64,000 bases of DNA from the human T2T-CHM13v2.0 reference genome, Homo sapiens. Each line of letters opens with the position of its first letter. The first letter of the stretch is position 1. The position numbers and the translations under genes were made by a program. The stretch lies in assembly GCF_009914755.1 (NCBI RefSeq), contig NC_060938.1; one strand, 5' to 3'. Positions 25,101 to 37,220 of this stretch are shown piece by piece. Below the pieces are notes generated by a model that was not told where the DNA came from, made no database searches, and saw nothing but the letters and a program-made list of their open reading frames with translations.

Positions 25101-26521
25101 GAGTCTCCTCACAACATAACTAAGAAAGAGATATATGTACAGAAAACGAAGCACAATAAAATATCACTTCATTACTATCGGAGATTTTCCCCAAACACAG
25201 AGAAAGCTCTACAGAGCTGAGCTTAAGCCAGAACTCTGTTATTTACTTGGTCTAATGCCAAAACAGGCCAGAGACTCCTTTCAGCTACTTCTCTTTAATC
25301 CCAAACCTATGTCTCGCTTTGATCTAAGAAAGAGCCAAATTCCCAGGAGGCGCCAGGGTAGAGAAAAGCAGCCAGCCGGAGAGTGGCCTCCATGCCAGGG
25401 GAGTGTGTCTGAGCTTTGTTTTATTTTTCTTATTTGTCTGTAGTTGTGTGATTGGTAGAAGAGAGTAGATATGAAGTCTACTGACACAGGATTCGTCTTC
25501 AGGCATGTCTTACCAAGCATTTGGGGGAACAGAGGGGTTCCACAAATAAGAGAGCAATGATCAGACTTTCTTCTAAAAGGAGCAGCCACAAGCTACCTTA
25601 ACTCTCCAACTTGCCCATTAATCTTCACCTAGAGTTAGGAAGATTTCACCATTAGCTGTGGCCCATAAAAGATCCTTAAGCTTGACCAACCACAGAGGTC
25701 CATCTCCTTGAGGAGGAAGTGAAAGGGGTATGGACAGAAGCTGTGAGCTTTCTGTCCTCCGCAGGCCCCCAGCTGTGTCTTCTACTTCTTGTACAAGATA
25801 GTCTCTAAATGATGTTTTCTGGCTGACAATGCCACATAACTGATCCTTATCTCACTATGGAAATGAAAGATTTCAAAGAATTTGTTGCCTGAAATATGGT
25901 GCCATAATCACATATTAATAAAGCTGCTATCCAGAAAGAAGGCAGATTTCAAAAGAAAAGCTGTTAGCATTCTCAGGGACCTAAAAAGTACATATTGTAG
26001 AACAATGGTAAATAGATCTTGGAATCCGGTAGACTTTAATTCAAACCCCAGCTATGCCAGTTATTAACTTATGTGACATTAGGAAAGCCTCTCAAATTTA
26101 GATTTGCAAAATCAGAATAATGTAAGTAGCCAACAAATAGGATTTAATGGAGGTAATAATGAAGGTTATTAAGATGATAAAATTAAACAGTGAATATAAA
26201 GTCCTTAGCATTTAATAAATTTATTTTATGATTTCAAAGCACATGCTTTTACCTACAGTGCTATAAAGCTGCTTGCAATAGTCAAAGTTAATAGAAGCTC
26301 TCGTCAGAGCTAATAGAAGCCTTGTATATGTAATTATTTAAGAATTCTGTAAATATACACAATAGGGTAGGAATGAGAAAATCTTTAGAGGAAATATTCA
26401 AGTACGTTTGATTTCTAGCAAATCCAGATAGACAGTTTTGTTAACAACCAAGTCATAATTTTAAGTCTTGTTATAGGAGCTAGAATTTTATTCAAGGGAC
26501 AACTGATTTGATTAGATTAGA

Positions 26522-26871
26522 TGCTGTGCACTGCATGTTTCCTTCAACAAATGCACAAGTTGAAACTCTAACAATAGAATGGCATTAGAAGGAGGACCTT
26601 TGGGAAGTAATTTGGTTTTGATGAGGATGGAGTCCCCACAATGGGGTTAGCATCCTAATAAGAAGAGTAGGAGACTAGAGCCCTCTTCTCTCAGCCATGT
26701 GAAGATAAAACAAGAACACCTGCAAACCAGTAAGAGGGCCTTCACCAGACACTGGCTCTGCTGGCCCAGATTTTAATCTTTGAATTCCCACAACTGTGAG
26801 AAACAAGTATATGCTGTTTAAGCCACTCAGTCTACAGTTGTTTGTAGCAGCAGCCTGAGCAGACAAAGACA
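26522..26871 (+). mobile_element. MLT1A-like LTR
   Basis: TGCTGTGCACTGCATGTTTCC...GAGGGCCTTCACCAGACACTGGCTCTGCTGG...GCAGCAGCCTGAGCAGACAAAGACA. Confidence 0.85.
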
Positions 26872-28245
26872 TAGGGTTCCTTTTATTTTCAGAATTCGGT
26901 TTAGCCGTAATCACCTACCATCCTGAGATGCTGTTTCCTCCCTTGAAATATAAGCTCTGGGACTATAGCTTCAAGGACAAATTCTGAAGAATTTGTCTCT
27001 GCTCTTGTGGGATGCTAACCTAACCAATCAAGGAATGTTTGCTCAATGGAATGAAACATCTTAATGCAGCTCGCCAGCCAATATCTGCAGAGCACACTTC
27101 ATGGGTTCTGGCTGGCTTGAATTTCTGAGACTACTTCATCCTACTCATCAAACTGTGGACTCAGATTCAGCCAGGAGGCCCAGATTCTAGCGTCAGTTTT
27201 GCCCTTGTGATACAAATGCTCTCCTGCTTCACTGAACATGAAACCCTGAATATTTGGCCATTACTCTGGCAATTGTCCTCTCTCCCTGTGCCAATTGCCA
27301 ATCAACCCCACTCCCAGGCAGCCTTGGCAGTTATGTCTGCTTGGCCTGCTGTAGCAGCCAATGACTTAGTAAAAGTCAGAACATAGATCTGTTAGCTCCC
27401 AGTCCAGGATTTCCCCATAACTCGTCCATGTTTATATTAAACAACTAGGTTTGCTTTTAAAATTCTTTTTCATTTATTTAGACTCTTCTTAGAACTTATC
27501 ATTTTGAGAATCCTGACCTGCCAATATTCCATAACCTTTCTGAAAGTGACACAGCAAATACGATGTATGCACACGGCTAACTGCAGCTGATTTCGTTTTC
27601 CATCTTCTATAAAGCACATTAGGTAATTTCTAAACCAGCAGTAAAATCTATTTATAAAGAATGCTGATTTGTTTTCTGCATTTTCCAACACAGAGCTTCA
27701 ATTTATTTCCTTACCATAAAAAAACATTACTTTTTAAAACAATCATAGTTAGTATATTTTATAAATGCTTTAATTTTTGTAAAGTCCAACTTGCAAATTG
27801 GAGTGTAAATAGCTTTCTTAAAATGGAAGGAACTGTGTTAGACCCAGTATGCTGATTGATTATTTCACTGTGCTTCAAAGCAGACGATTTCACAGTCATT
27901 GGGTATATAATGTAATGAGTTTTTATAAAGCAATTGAAATCATTAAAAATATAATTATAATAAATAAAATTATAGGGAAAAGGAAATCTTCATTCTGACA
28001 ATGCCAAATTTTTTTAACTAACTCATTGCTAAAAGATTATGTTTCTACATGAAAAATTTTACACATTCTTTCTATGAAATAAACCTGATAACACCTTGAA
28101 AACTTAATAGTTATGGAAAAGGAACTACTGTGGCTTTTTTTAGAGAATGTCATGTTCTTGATGTTCTTGAGTGAGCTGTCTCATGTTCTTAGAAAGGAAA
28201 CAGCAGCACCTTGTGGACAAACAAAGAAAGTGAATGAATTTTTAG

Positions 28246-28535
28246 GACCCAGTGCAGTGGTTCAGGCCTGTAATCTAAGCACTTTGGGAGACTTGGGTGG
28301 AGGGTAACTTGAGCCCAAGTGTTCAAGACCAGCCTGGGCAACACAGTGATACGCCCATCTTTACCAAAAATTGAAAAATTTGCTGGGCTTGGTGGCTCAT
28401 AACTCAGGTCCCAGCTACTTGGAAGGCTGAGGTGGGAGGATCGCTTAAGCCCAGGAGGTCAAGGCTGCAGTGACTGTGATCATACGACTGCATTCCAGCC
28501 TGGGTGACACAGCAAGACCCTATTTCAAAAAAATT
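28246..28535 (+). mobile_element. AluJ
   Basis: Diverged dimer with the J-type GAGGTCAAGGCTGCAGTGA. Confidence 0.9.
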
Positions 28536-28595
28536 ATATTTATGTGGCACTTTCTACAAGGAATATAGTATCATGTTTGTATTTAAATGACATCA

Positions 28596-28901
28596 GGACC
28601 AGCATGGTGGCTTACACATGTAATCTCAGCTCCTCAGACGGCGGAAGGCAGGAGGATTGCTTGAGGCCAGGAGTTGGAAGACCAGCCTGAGCAGCATAAT
28701 GAAACCCCCATTTCTACAAAAATAATAATAGTAATTAAAAGCTAGGCGTGCTGGCACACACCTGCAGACCTAGCTACTGTGGAGGCTGAGTGGCAGGATC
28801 ACATTGAGCCCAGGAGTTTGATTGTATTGTGTATTGTGAACTACGATCTAGCCACTCCACTCCAGACAACACGGCAAGACCCAGTCTCTAAACAAAATAA
28901 A
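28596..28901 (+). mobile_element. AluJ (diverged)
   Basis: Two Alu arms with an A-rich linker. Confidence 0.85.
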
Positions 28902-29304
28902 GGGACATCAGAGCATTGTTTACAGAGATTTATAAATGATCCCAAAATGTCTTCAGAGAGATAAATCATCTAAATATAGTTATATCGACTCTTCCTAAAT
29001 TCCAAATTTGGGTGGGAACAATAAATGAGATAGAAGACTTCTTGAAATGTATCAAGACTCAGAAAGACAAAACAAAAGCTTGCATTAGGCAGTATCAAGA
29101 ATGTTCATTAATGCTATTTCCAATTTATGATACGATCATTTAAAGAGGAAATCCCAGCAACAAGAGGCCAAAGGAAAGGGAAAAGAAATGAAAACAAGGA
29201 CCATACTTTCTCCACATCCAACCTCTTCTCTACCACCTCTGAGCAAGACCTCCCACACCCAATCACTGCTTTCTCTTGTGGACTTACCCTCTACTCTGTG
29301 AACA

Positions 29305-29772
29305 CATGAGACAGAGAACCCTGAGAAGTCCCTGAGTCCCTTCCAGGGGCTCTGCAAGGTCAAATGTCTTTTCATAAAAATACACAGGTTTTGTTTACCT
29401 TTTCCAATTTCCATGTCTCTCAAGTATAATTGGAGTTTCCCAGAGGCTACCTGACATGTGATGTCAAAAGAAATTAAATGTAGAAGCAGAAAGGAGAACA
29501 AATTTTCTTCTATTAAACCAGACATTAAAGACATACCTAAAAATATAAAACAATGTCACTGTTCTCACCAACTTTACTGCTTAAAAATGATAATTTTAAA
29601 TAAAAATGTGATTTACGTAAACTTATAAGCATATTTTTTTAATTTCTCAGTTTTAATGTTTATTATGATAAATATAGATAGACATAATCCAAATAAATAA
29701 AAGCTCTTTGGGGTTCTCAATAACTTTTAAAAATGTAAAGTGTTCCTAAAACCAAAAATTTGAGGACTGATG
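29305..29772. mobile_element. hAT-Charlie family non-autonomous element (MER119-like)
   Basis: CCCTTCCAGGGGCTCTGCAAGGTCAAA near one end and AAGCTCTTTGGGGTTCTCAATAA...ACCAAAAATTTGAGGACTG at the other. Confidence 0.55.
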
Positions 29773-30744
29773 TGCTAAATCTCATACCCTTTGATGTAGC
29801 TTCCACCCAGGTCATTTCTTAAATACTTGATCAATCATTTCCCCATGTCCCTCACCCTATATTTTTTTTTTGGCTTAGACCAGTTTGAGTTTGAATTCTA
29901 TTATTTATAACCAAAGGAGTCCTACCATATTATCTTACCCAGATTTTCATCAACACGGTATATGTTGATCAACAAACTTCCTAAATGTTTCAAGTTAACT
30001 CCAAAGAGTGAGGGGGAAAAATAAAGAAGAGGAAGAAAATAACTACTTATCATCCACAGTAGTCAAGGAAGCTGCAGAAGCATCAAGCAAAAGCAGCAGA
30101 AGTTAGCTTTGTACTCCCACAAACCCTGCTCTGAAGTACTCCGCCTAGTGGCCCACAGAAGAAACTGCATTTCTAAAATCTTTAAAAAGACAGGAAAGGA
30201 ATCACCACTTACCCTGGGAACCCTAACAGGGGAGCAGGCCACATAGGAATATGTCCCATTGGTTTGAGGTCGATAAGTCCATTTTCAAAGCTTTAGTAAT
30301 TCCAGAAACAAGAATATATTTATTTTACTTTGATCACACAATGCCTAGTTATATTAAAAGTAAGGAGACATTCAATAAATACCTTTTATGGAAATAAAAA
30401 CAGACAATTTAGGAGAAAATTAACTATCAATGCATTATTTTCAAAGGTAAAGAAAAAAGAAATTATTCTGAACACACAAAACTATTTTATCAAATATCAT
30501 GGTAAATTATCATTATATACTAGGTCACTTAATAAATTTCCAGAGATAATTGGAAAGAGTTTCCACAATAGATTTTGTTTCACCCCAGGAAGAAGTTTCA
30601 CAAAAAGTTAGTTACTTATCTCCATTGTTACTAGTACCAAACTAATCCTATGATTCTGAGTCAAATTACAAATAATGTCCAGAGTTTTCTCCAGTGAGAT
30701 CAGAGGAGATGCCTAAGAGGAGTGTGTTTTAATGTGAGGGGATA

Positions 30745-31270
30745 ATTGGTTTATATTTTTCACTGAAAATAACAAATTCTAGACAACTTAAGCAAAACAG
30801 GACTTCAATGAAAGGATAATGAATAGTTCACAAAATCATTGAAGATGTTGGAGAAGCAAGGTAAGAACTGAGGGAAACTCAGCACAGCCAAGTTCATTCG
30901 ACGGAAGCAGATCTTGGAATGCCACCACTAGAATGTTGTCATTTGACACTTGTCACCATGTAGCTGGGCTCTCCTGAACTTAGGCACTTGCTGCCACGTT
31001 CCTGGACCTGCATCTCTGCTCAATTTCTCAGAATCATCTCTGATTCTTTCAGGTCTTTTGCATCATTTCATCGGGTTCCAAGTTCTAATAAAGAGCCATC
31101 AGTTGGCTGGGCCTAGATATGTGCCCACACGTGAATGGCCAAGAAACTGGAAAAAGGATCATGCAATCCCTTTCAGCTTTTGTAATGGAAGGTGGGGCCT
31201 GTCCTCATATTTCTCTTGGGGTTCAAACAACTAGGAAGGGTGTTTTGTTGAAATGAAACCCAAAACTATA
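30745..31270 (-). mobile_element. Old MLT1-type LTR
   Basis: AACTTAAGCAAAACAGGACTTCAATGAAAGGATA and GTTGGCTGGGCCTAGATATGTGCCCAC. Confidence 0.5.
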
Positions 31271-31380
31271 GCTATCCATTTATAGCACCTTATTTGTACA
31301 GGAAGAAACCATGAAACACAACGTATAAAAGTGCATGGGAGGTCTAAACACATGAGGGGAGAAAGATCATACTTGATTGG

Positions 31381-31768
31381 TGCTGTGGTTTCACTGTGCC
31401 TCCTCCAAGATTCAGCGTTGACAATGTGACAGTGTTGAGGTGGAGCCTACAGGAAGTGATGAGACCATCAGGACTCCTACCACAGGAATGGGTTTAGGAG
31501 CCCTCATGAAAGAGCTCCATGGAGGGAGTTCATTCCTCTTGCTCTCCCGCCTTCCACCATATGAGGAAACAGTGTTCCTTGTCTCTGGAAGATGCAGCAT
31601 CAAGACACCATCTTGAACGGAGAGAACAGCCCTTACCAGACATCAGACCTGCCAACGCCTTGATCTTGGACTTCCTAGTCTCCAGTACTGTGACAGATAA
31701 ACGTCTGGTTTTCATAAATTGCCTAGTCTGTGTTATTTTGTTATAAGAGCATAAATTGACTAAGACAA
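31381..31768 (+). mobile_element. MST (MSTC/D-like) LTR
   Basis: TGCTGTGGTTT start; CTTGATCTTGGACTTCCTAGTCTCCAG; GACTAAGACA end. Confidence 0.85.
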
Positions 31769-32088
31769 TTGGAGATTAGAAAAAGTATTTTGAAGTGGCA
31801 TTTGAGAAGGGCTTGATAGATAAGATCTCTACAAATAGAAATAGAGAGATGGTTTCAAATCACCCAGGTGAAAGGAAAAACATAGCTATGTTCAGTCTGA
31901 ATGCAAAATGGAGATGGTGAAAAGTACATAAGATTCCACCACCAGTGGGAGGACAGAATTGTAATGTGGCAGCTATCTGTAAATATAATATTTATCACTC
32001 ATTCACATTTATTTAGAGTCTAATGTGTTCTAGCCTCTGAAATTAAGCAAAGAAAATCTAGATATGCAGAAGTCCAAGACTTTGCCTT

Positions 32089-32572
32089 TGTGATAGTCAA
32101 AATAATGACCCCATAAAGATGTTCTAGTCCCTGGAATCTGTGACCATATTACTTTACATGGGGCAAGAGGGACTTTGGAGATGTGATTAACCCTTAAGTT
32201 AGGGGGATTATCCTTGATTATCTTGGGGGCCAATCTAATTGCATGTGTCTACAAAATCAGAGAATCTTTCCTAGCTACAGTCAGAAGGTGATATGACTAC
32301 AGAACAACGGTCACAGACATCCGACATTACTGGCTTTGAAGATGGAGGGATTGTCCCATGATCCAAGGAATAGGGACAGCATCTAAAAGTTGGAAAAGGA
32401 CATGGATTCTCTCTAGAGCCTCCAGAAAGCAATACAGCCCTGACAACACCTTGACTTAAGCCCAGTAAGACCACGGTCAGAGGTTTGCCCTACAGAACTA
32501 TAGGGTCGTAAGTCTTTGATTTAAGCCACAAAATTGTGGTAATTTGTTATGGCAGAAATAGAAAATTAATTT
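32089..32572 (+). mobile_element. MLT1D LTR
   Basis: AATAATGACCCC...CCTGGAATCTGTGACCATATTACTTTACATGG...GGATTCTCTCTAGAGCCTCCAGAAAG...GTGGTAATTTGTTATGGCAG. Confidence 0.88.
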
Positions 32573-32679
32573 TAAGAACTTTATTATTTGCAAGATAGGC
32601 AGACCAGAAAATCCAAATTATAATATAATTCGATTAAAACCTATGGAGATATGCGCTAGGTGTTTTAGAAAAGAATTGA

Positions 32680-34030
32680 GTATTAACAAGACTAACAGAA
32701 GAAATGTTCTAAAATTTACACACTAAGTACATCACATTTTTCTAATGATCACGTTGATAGAGCAACTTAGAATCCATGGTTTTAACAAACCAACAGGCTT
32801 ATATACATAAATATAAAAATATTATATATATATATATATAATATATAATATATGGAATAGCCCCATGGGCACGGGCAGCCCTGGGTCAAAGGGCAGCACT
32901 GTACTAGCAGCCCACACCCCACCTCACCCGCCTACCCTGAGCTGACTTGTCTGCTAAATACTAAATAAACCTGTCAACCTGTCTTGTTTAAGTAAGAAGG
33001 GCCTGGATGCAACAAGCCTGAGGGCTGTGACTGGGGGAAGAGAGAGCACAGATGGAGCTCCTCTTCCTTCTGCCACTGCCCACCAACTGAAAACCACCAA
33101 CTGAAGTTTGCTTAGATTCTCAGCCTCCACCTTGTTCCCAACAAAACTCATGCAATACTTGGGCCCCCACTACAATCTCTGGAACAAAATATTCTACGGA
33201 TCTGCTTTTTGAGCTGCAACTTATCTTACTAAATTCCAAGAAGCTTATGTAAGAGAAAACCACCAGATAATACAAGATTTTCAATGTAATCATCATTGCT
33301 ACTTTTAACTAGAAATTATCCAGTAAATGTATTGTGAACTGCTTTGTGACTATGCTGATTTATTCAGTCTTTCTGATCCTTGGCTTGATTATCTCAAATA
33401 TATGAGTATCACCAATTTTATAAAGTTGCTCTAAAAATTAAATGAAAGAAAAATAATCCTCATTCTCCATATATTGAACACTTACAAAATTATAGGCATT
33501 GTGTCCAGGTTTTTACGTACTTACCTGATAGAAGTCTCCTGACAACCCTGTCTTTTAAATTACAAGCATTGTGCCATGATTTTTACACATGTATGTTATG
33601 GAAGCCTCGTAACAATCACGTCTTTTATAGATCAGCAAACTGAGCCTCAGAAGAGTTAAAAACACATTCACCATTAAATCATAATGACGGATGGAACTGG
33701 GATTCAAATCTGGTTCTCTCTGATGCCAAAAATGGTGCAATTTAACGAGGACCAAATTACACCCAGAACATGGAGGGATCAAAACATGTGGATTCCCTTT
33801 TCTGCCCCCTCATGTGGGAATTTCAATAGCTTTCACTGCCTCAGAGCAATCCTAAACTCCCTCCCAGGTTGCCTTGCAATGGCCCCCTTATTCGTGGGGA
33901 TGATTAGGAATCTGCATTTTTGGACCACAAGCATCTATAAAGAGTTGTGTTGATCAAGAATTAAAATTTACTAGGCCATAGGTTACTGTGAATTGTCTAG
34001 CTTCTCTGCAAAATATAAAGGGGCTATTCC
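32680..34030 (+). repeat. Local diverged duplication, copy 1 (about 445 bp of extra sequence at 32800-33240; includes MIR)
   Basis: Colinear with 35683-36585, sharing CTAAAATTTA.ACACTAAGTACAT, ACAAGATTTTCAATGT.ATCATCATTGCTACTTTT, GGAGGGATCAAAACATGTGGATTCCC and TAAAGAGTTGTGTTGATCAAGAA. Confidence 0.93.
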
Positions 34031-34156
34031 ATGTAAAAAAATCACAGGATCCACTGAATCTGTGCAGAAAGACATAGAACTATACTGCAGGAGCATCTTA
34101 CAGACAGCTGCGCCTGAAGACCAGCCGAAACACACAAAGCAAGAGCACCTCCAATG

Positions 34157-34282
34157 ACCAAGTGTGGTGGCTGTTGCCTGTCATCCCAGCAGTGTGGGAG
34201 GCCAAGGTGGGTGAATCACTTGAGGCCAGGGCTTTGAGACCAGCTTGGGCAACACAGTGAGACCTTGTCCCTACAAAAAAAT
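34157..34282 (+). mobile_element. FLAM_C / Alu left monomer
   Basis: GACCAAGTGTGGTGGCTG...GAGACCAGCTTGGGCAACACAGTGAGACC plus an A tail. Confidence 0.85.
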
Positions 34283-35199
34283 CATTTTTTATTATTAGAA
34301 TCAAGAAGAGTACCTCTAACCCCTTGCTGTTGCTTTAGGGTAGAGAGCTCTGGTCTAGAACTCAAGTTATGAAACTGTGAGTCCCAGTGGAACTACTTAA
34401 ATTTAAATACAAGAGCTGTGAGACATTTCCTCTACAACAACGAAATCTGTAGCATCCATTTTGTACTTTGAAAACTTAGTTTTTGGCCAGCCTCTAGGAA
34501 GAAGAAGAGGGCCCAGAACTGGGCATATGGGTAGGGAGGGGAAAAGAAACTGGCTGGATGCAACAGGGAAAGACGAAGGGATGGAGACCCCAGGCAGAGC
34601 CAGTCCTCAGGCTTGGGGCCTGGGCCTAGGAAAGGAACTAGATGAAGAAGGGAGGAGCCCCAGGCTGTGGATGTCTCTGGGGGAACCTTGGTTGAGCAAC
34701 GGCCAGAGGAGCTCCTGAGGCCAAGCGGTATCTGTCGCCTCCCTACCTTTGGGCGTCTTCTGGTCGCCAATGTGCTGCAGGTCATGGCTCCGGAATCAAA
34801 TTGGGCTCAAATTGTGTGAGCTCCAACGCAGTGGAGCCTGGCCCTACTCCCACCTTCACCTCGTGGATCTCGGAGCTGCAGGATGGCTCTGCCCACCGCA
34901 CCCTAAGCTGGCCTCGCTTGGGGCTGGCATCGGTGGACAGCATGTTCTGGGCGTCTCTGCTCCTTTCTGCTGGTGCCTGTGCCTGTGCTGGCCGCCCACT
35001 CATAGATATCAAAGCCACAGGACGGCCCTGCAGAAGCCCTGCGCTGGCCCTGCCGGGGGCTGGCTTTGGTGCACATGTGACTGGTCATCGTGGTCCCCAT
35101 GGGGCACCTCTGTTCTTCTCGAGGCAGCTTGGGCCTTCGCTTGCCCCCACATCTGCAGACCTGAGCACCTGCCCCCTCTCCCCAGGAAAGGCAACCAAA

Positions 35200-35420
35200 T
35201 GCCACCAACTTAAGGCACCAACTGAAGGCCACCAACTGAAGGCCGGTTGCCCTGACAACCTGATGTGTCCTGCTTAGGAAGAACCAATCAGGCCTTGAGT
35301 TCCTTCCACGCGCTGCCCTTCCATTTGTGATGTGGGAGTCCAGGCACTGGCTCACAAAGCCGCGCCCCCCAGTGACCCCGCCCCACCTTTCATTTATTGG
35401 TAACTGGTAGCAACTTTCAA
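35200..35420 (-). promoter_or_regulatory. Promoter-like motif cluster (RFX X-boxes, CCAAT boxes, GC box) at the edge of a GC-rich block
   Basis: GTTGCCCTGACAAC 35246-35259, CCAAT 35284-35288, CCCCGCCCC 35376-35384, ATTGG 35396-35400, GTAACTGGTAGCAAC 35400-35414. Direction is inferred. Confidence 0.45.
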
Positions 35421-35682
35421 GTTTCCTCACTGTGAATTATGAATATGAATTATGATGAAATTACTGCATCCTAATGTACCTCATGCACTATCTGACAGCC
35501 AAAGTCCCCTCTTCCCCCATGGCCTCTGAGTTTTTTGGAAACTAGAAAGAAGATACATTTCTGCAGGTGCTTTCAGAAAAAAACATTGCCACGATCTAAG
35601 GTTACTCTTTGATGTCAAGTCATATTTCATATGTCATACATATTCATATTTATATTCATAATTCAAAATGCACATATTCAAT

Positions 35683-36585
35683 CAAATTAACAGGACTAAA
35701 AAGGAAATTTTCTAAAATTTATACACTAAGTACATTATATTTTTCTAATGATCACTTTGATAGAGCAAACTTAGAATCTATGGTTTCAACAAATGAAGAG
35801 GCTTATGCAAGAGAAAACCACCACCTAACACAAGATTTTCAATGTGATCATCATTGCTACTTTTCACTAGCAATTATCCAGTCAATATATTGTGAACTGC
35901 TTTGTGACTATGGTGATTTATTTAAACTTACTGATCCTTTGATTATCTCAAAAATATGAATAATACCAATTTTATAAACTTGTTCTAAAAATTAAATGAG
36001 ATAAAAATAATCCTCCTTCTCTATATATTGAAAACCTACAAAATTAGTAATATTGTGTCCAGATTTTTACACACTTACCTTATTGAAGCCTCATCACAAC
36101 CCCGTCTTTTAAATTACAGGATTATTCCCAGATTTTTAAACACTTACCTTATGCAAGTCTCATAACAATCCCATCATTTATAGATGAGCAAACTGAGGCT
36201 CAGACGAGTTAAAAACACATTCACCATCAAATCATAATGAGTGATGGAACTGGGATTCAAATCCAGTTCTCTCTGACACCAAAGGTGCTGCAATGTAATG
36301 AAGACCAAGTTATATCCAGCACATGGAGGGATCAAAACATGTGGATTCCCTTTCTCTACCCTCTTACATGTGAATCTCCATGGCTTTCACTGCCTCAGAA
36401 CAATCCTAAACTCCCTCCCAGGTTGCCTTGCAGAGGATCCCTTCTTTTTGGGGATGATTAGGAATCCACATTTTTGGACCACAGGCATCTTTAAAGAGTT
36501 GTGTTGATCAAGAAATAAAATTGTCTAGGCCATAAGTTACTGTGAATTGTCTAGCTTCTCTGCAAAAAAAATAAATGGGCTATTC
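35683..36585 (+). repeat. Local diverged duplication, copy 2
   Basis: See copy 1; ORFs 33684 (MTDGTGIQIWFSLMPK) and 36237 (MSDGTGIQIQFSLTPK) are paralogous translations. Confidence 0.93.
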
Positions 36586-36692
36586 TCTTTATTTTTTGTT
36601 ATTCCACTATTGAAAATAGCCTAGAATCAACCTAAGTGTCCAAGAAGACTTGGTTTAACCCTGAGGATTACTAATGTTTTCACTGTGGTTAT

Positions 36693-37220
36693 TGTGGTAG
36701 ATTATATTACCATTCTCCCACTATCTGGTCTTCCTGCTGTAGTGGCCCTATATCCTAGAAGATTATATATTTCTGTCCTATTGAAGGAAGGGTCAGATTT
36801 AGACATTTGACCTGTTTAGCCAGTGAAATGCAGGTAGAAGTGGCATGTGTAACTTGTAAGCAGAAAACTTCCTTTTTCAAGGATCTGGGAGCCATCCCTT
36901 TCAAACGTAATCCTCCAGAAAGATAATACCTTATTTCCCAGTCTCCATGAGAGAGTAAGAGCCTAATCTTGCTCCAAGTTGTAAAAATTACCTTATATCA
37001 TAAAGATAAAAGAAAGTTTATTTTTCCTTTGAAAAAAGACAGTTAGTAAAGACAGGTGGCCTATGATCGCCCCCTTACCCTCACTTTCAAAAACTCCATG
37101 GCCTTTTGTATCAGGGGAGCTGAGTTCAGACTAGGTCTGGACTCTCTCCAGTATTGCAATAGCTTGAATAATATCTTCCTTACTTATTTAACTTTTTCCA
37201 GTGCAATTTTTTCTTTGACT
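36693..37220 (+). mobile_element. MLT1-type LTR fragment followed by an ERV1-type (MER34/39-like) LTR fragment
   Basis: GCCAGTGAAATGCAGGTAGAAGTGGCATGTG (MLT1), then TTCAAGGATCTGGGAGCCATCCCTTTCAAA...TTTTCTTTGAC. Confidence 0.5.

Noticed and set aside
34432-35430. Overlapping 78-175 aa ORFs as a protein-coding gene (considered ANKRD20A/26, CDRT15/C2orf27, BCL7 and SNX18 pseudogenes)
   Set aside because: No convincing similarity by eye; long ORFs in several frames are expected in GC-rich sequence.
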